Part shown: in pieces, positions 60,501 through 64,000 of the stretch
Position numbering within the stretch: position 1 is the first letter of the stretch
Layout: every line of letters begins with the position of its first letter
Position numbers and translations under genes: made by a program
Origin: Pelomyxa schiedti
Lineage: Eukaryota; Protista; Evosea
Direction of reading: 5' to 3'
DNA length: 64,000 nt
Assembly: GCA_020536535.1 (NCBI GenBank)
Contig: JAHLWZ010000113.1
Location: 62,001-126,000 of the forward strand
The notes under the pieces: generated by a model
Seen by the model: the letters and a program-made list of their open reading frames with translations, nothing else
What the model was told of the DNA's origin: nothing
Databases searched by the model: none

Positions 60501-60862
60501 CGCTGCTCATTTTGAGGCTTGCCTCGACAAGCTGGGACATGAAAGCTCTGAAGCAATGTCCTATGACGAAGTAAGCCAGCTTTTCCAGTAAAAATTCAAA
60601 ACTAAGGGTGCTTTCAAAACCAGATTGTGAGCCTTCTCCGGTTGAACTACTCCACCCTGAAGCTCACTTTCATTGATGCACCCAACCCAACCCAGCTGAC
60701 ATACCACGAGACACAATTTGACAGTGTTCTTTTCACCAATACACTCAACCTCATACTATCCATGGGCCCACAACAGCACCCATAAAAACACCAAGTTCAA
60801 GGGTCCTGCACCATTCATTCTTCTCAAGGGGCTTTCTGCGGCCCGCTTCCATTTGTGAGTGA
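57583..60862 (+). CDS. ARMH3: ARMH3 / C10orf76 (DUF1741) armadillo-like protein
   Basis: FWSDFFMLKVN, NYRRYESTNPYL, NLINYFITYGDSFL..YDCLFYEIVR, NMRSIAAHF and LRLNYSTLKL match ARMH3 blocks. Interrupted by an N gap. The start is inferred. Confidence 0.8.
59317..59416. other. Assembly gap (100 N) flanked by a duplicated 120-bp overlap
   Basis: 59197-59316 is repeated exactly at 59417-59536. Confidence 0.97.
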
Positions 60863-60964
60863 AAAATAGAGTTCACAGAACACAGAATCTCCTTCGTCCG
60901 CTGGGTTTTCCTGCTTGTGTTGGTGAGGTACTTGTTGCACTCTCTGTGCAACAAACATACCGAA

Positions 60965-62271
60965 ATGAAGAAGGGTAGGCTTTGTTGTGGGGTCGCTGTC
61001 CTCATGGCACTGAGCGTGGTTCCTTTGATTGTATTGAGCCCTCCTCGTCATTTGTATGACTATACTGGTGGTGAGAACGAGTTGTGGGAGAAACAACACA
61101 GCCTTTTGTTTTTTCCCCGACTATCTTTTACTCTTTTTTAGGGGCTTTGCAGGCACCAACTTTGGTGACTTCTTTCTTTGATATAGGAAGAGGTGAGGTG
61201 TCTGGGAAGTACTCTCGGTCCGTGGGCAAATACCTCTCTTGGCTGAATGGTTGACTTATTGTGTAAAATTTGCAATACCCTTAAACTCCTCAAGATACTC
61301 TGAAGTTCAGTAATCCAATGGTGATATTTTGTGAAGAGGACGAAAACAACATTCCAGAGTTTGTCAGGGTTAGTTCCAAAACAATATAAAGTACCCTGTG
61401 GTAACGGAATTTAACAACACAGCAAGTTAGAGGAAATCTTTCCACGAAAATCGTTATCCTACCAAATGGGAAAATGGACTGGGAACTTAGCTACCTACTA
61501 AAAAACGTTACCCTCTAGCCACTACTCTAACACTATATTCAATGTAAACAAAGGTATCTGAAATTCTCAACTCTTCCGACTACAAAAGTAAAATGCCAAA
61601 ATTATCGCGGATTGAGTGCTTTCTTCCATCCTATAGCATTCTCATGTTCCAGAAGTTTGTGTGGGTGATGAAGGTAGCCAATGAAAATCCCTTTAATACA
61701 AGTATATTTGCTTGGATTGATGCAGGAGCCAGTCGCTTCTGCTTGCGTTGCCAAGGTGTTACCAATAATGTTCTTACCTTTCCCCACAGATCTTGGCTTG
61801 AGTTTTTGAATGACGGAAAGGTTTTCATAACCAGTTCACAACAACCCCGTAATTCTGCTGTTTAGGTCACAATTCAAAGGCTAGGCTCCCTAATGAAAAA
61901 ACCAGTCCACGACATAATGTGGAGTTCTTCTGTTCCAGTAGCCGGAACTATCTGGGCAGGTTCATTCCCTTCACAGACCCACCCGAAACAACCAACCAAA
62001 AACAAGGCAACAAAAAGCTCACACAACCAAAACAGGAAACAAAGAATCCGTGATTCAACTATGCGAAAAGGGCCTTGACTTTTTCATCTCGGAAATGCTC
62101 ACACAGGAGCAGTGTGTCAACAATGACCAGATGGCACTTTATGCCGTGTGGCAAAGGAACCCCGGGCTTTTCCACACCATGTCAAGACACACTATGCTCC
62201 ACACTGCAAAAACGTGGCTGCCTCTAATTGATAGGCTTCTGGCGCCAAAAACAAAACCCTGGTGGCAATAG
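60965..62271 (+). CDS. HtrL/YibB (WlaTC)-family putative glycosyltransferase with N-terminal signal anchor
   Basis: TLVTSFFDIGRG, NPMVIF, YSILMFQK, NPFNTSIFAWIDAG, AGTIWAG, VNNDQ. Confidence 0.8.
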
Positions 62272-62429
62272 CTTGCAAGCTATTCTCCTTGCCACTCTTC
62301 TCCCAAGTTGGCAACTTTTTTGATCACTCTCAACGGAAGAGCAGAAAAAACCGGGAAGAAACCCGGTTTTGGCAGTTTTGCTGGCACAAGGACAAGGGAA
62401 GAAAAAAATGCAACGTTTCAAACCAAAAA

Positions 62430-64000
62430 ATGGGCAACGCGATTGGGAAAAGGCGTCCGCCTGCTGGGGAGAGACAAAATACACCGGAAATTGTATCAGC
62501 CAAAACACCCCCAAAACAGCACAAACCCACAATTGGAGATTGCGTCCGCGTGGGTCCGCAGTACCCCATCCGCTCCTCTCCCGTCGTCACTGAAACAACT
62601 GGGACCCTTTTGGGCAGAATCACACGGCTAAATAGCAGTTGTGGGAAATTTGTGACTGTGGAGTGGAGCTCTGGCCTGGTGGAGTCGAATCTAAGATTCG
62701 GAGAGAGGAGGAACTTCGATGTAGTCTATGCACCAAGTGTTGATGCACCGGGAACAGGCTCCGCTGTTGATCCCATAACGGAGGCTTTAGCCTCAACTTC
62801 AAAGAGTTCCGAGGCGAAGGGCTGCATTCTGTGCAGGAACAAGAAGTTCATTGGACTCAGGGTTGTTAGGGGCCCACGTTGGAACCTGAACTGTCTGGTC
62901 GATTCATTTGGTGCCGGAACTATAATTCACGTTCACAAGCCGGGACTTGCAACTGTGAAATGGGACTCTGGAAGGTTGCTAGAGTGCCACTTCACTGGAA
63001 CAGTATCTGAAGAGGCGGAAATTTTGCCTTTGATAGGTAGAATATTTCTTCGTGCTCTTTCCCTCACAAGTTCTTTAGTTTTGGAGCGCGACGCCAAGCT
63101 TCTCATAGGCTTAAGAGTGATGCGGGGACCTTCATGGAACTATGGACTTGAAGATTCCTTTGGTCCAGGTGTTGTCACTGCGCTGGGGAACAACCCTCGT
63201 ACTGTTGTTGTACTCTGGGACTCAAACACAAATGGATGTTACAGATGGGGTGAGGAAGGAAATTTCGACCTGTCCATTGCCCCTGAAGCTGGTGATTTCC
63301 CCTGCGTGTTCTTTTTCATTTTCCAACCGACGCAGGTGGGAACGCCTTCCCCGAAGAGTTGCTGAACAAGTCAGTTATCCGCGGCCCTAATTGGCAGTGG
63401 GGAGACGACGATGGGAACAGCGTCGGGCAAGTTATACTTTCTGAAAAAAACGAGAGAGGTTGGGTTTGTGTAAGATGGCAGCATGGCGCTACTGGATCAT
63501 ATCGCTGGGGTGCTTCTGGTTCCATTGACTTGGAACCTTGCCTTCCTTCTGGTATTTTTTTTTTTTTGACTTACGGAAAAACTTTACATGCGTTCATTTA
63601 ACAATTCTGACAGGAGACAAGCTATTATCATCAAGTGAAATTGTAGGCAAGACGGTGGTTCGTGGCCCAGACTGGGAATACGGTAACCAAGACGAAAACG
63701 AGTCCGGAGTTGTAGTTTCTGTGCACCCAGAAGACACACAAGCAGTCCTCGTGCAATGGAAAAGCACCGATGCATGGGCCTATAGGTTTGGGGCCAGTGC
63801 TTGTTTTGATGTTTCACTGTCTACTACATCTGTACCAGCATTGCCCTCCACCTCAAATTCAACAACGGCACAAGGGAAAGGGCAACCGCAGCTTCCTGCA
63901 CCGCAAGTAGCACCACGTATAGAAGCCACCCCTCCTCCCTCAGTACAACCTGTGCAAGCTGTACAACCTGTAGCCAGAACACCTCAAACTCAACCACAGG
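62430..64000 (+). CDS. Tandem MIB/HERC2-domain protein (3' end truncated by window)
   Basis: MGNAIG start; five repeats of G.RV.RGP.W.WG.QD...G.V.....V.V.W..G....YRWG..G.FDL. Confidence 0.85.

Noticed and set aside
1-64000. CRISPR arrays, rRNA, tRNA or prokaryotic operons
   Set aside because: No regularly spaced repeat-spacer units or recognisable structural RNA genes were seen, and the bacterial-like genes all contain spliceosomal introns, so they are not contamination.

Overview
Gene-dense eukaryotic genomic DNA from a protist with many short spliceosomal introns (mostly ~40-60 nt), degenerate donors, a few GC-AG introns, very short intergenic spacers and GC/CpG-rich first exons. The Dictyostelium-type STAT and overall gene style point to an amoebozoan, possibly an archamoeba such as Pelomyxa (inference only). 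I reconstructed about 26 protein-coding genes by manual splicing: SRFR1/TTC13-like TPR protein, RS-3xRRM-RING protein, NHL-repeat protein, GH162 endo-beta-1,2-glucanase, STAT, XRN-like exonuclease, ZZ finger protein, SLC35F6-like transporter, prokaryote-type polyprenyl synthase, Cys-rich protein, a very aromatic beta-hairpin-repeat protein, bacterial-type methyltransferase, RING-TRAF-pentapeptide-3xSPRY protein, degenerate Rab, TYW2, DRAM/TMEM150-like protein, pectin acetylesterase, GH78 rhamnosidase, CDK20-like kinase, ARMH3, HtrL-like protein and a MIB/HERC2-repeat protein. The most unusual region is 6.0-12.8 kb: a co-oriented array of four AIG1/GIMAP-like P-loop GTPase modules. One is intact behind MORN/CUE-like domains, one has a dead P-loop and is spliced to a small beta-domain, one is a pseudogene, and one is fused to a non-RD PINK1-like kinase; two of them are near-identical recent duplicates with different C-termini. 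A CpG-depleted stretch with a non-LTR retrotransposon-like zinc-knuckle relic follows. There are two 100-N assembly gaps. No rRNA, tRNA or CRISPR array was recognised. Exon boundaries were deduced by eye and family assignments come from motif recall, not database searches.
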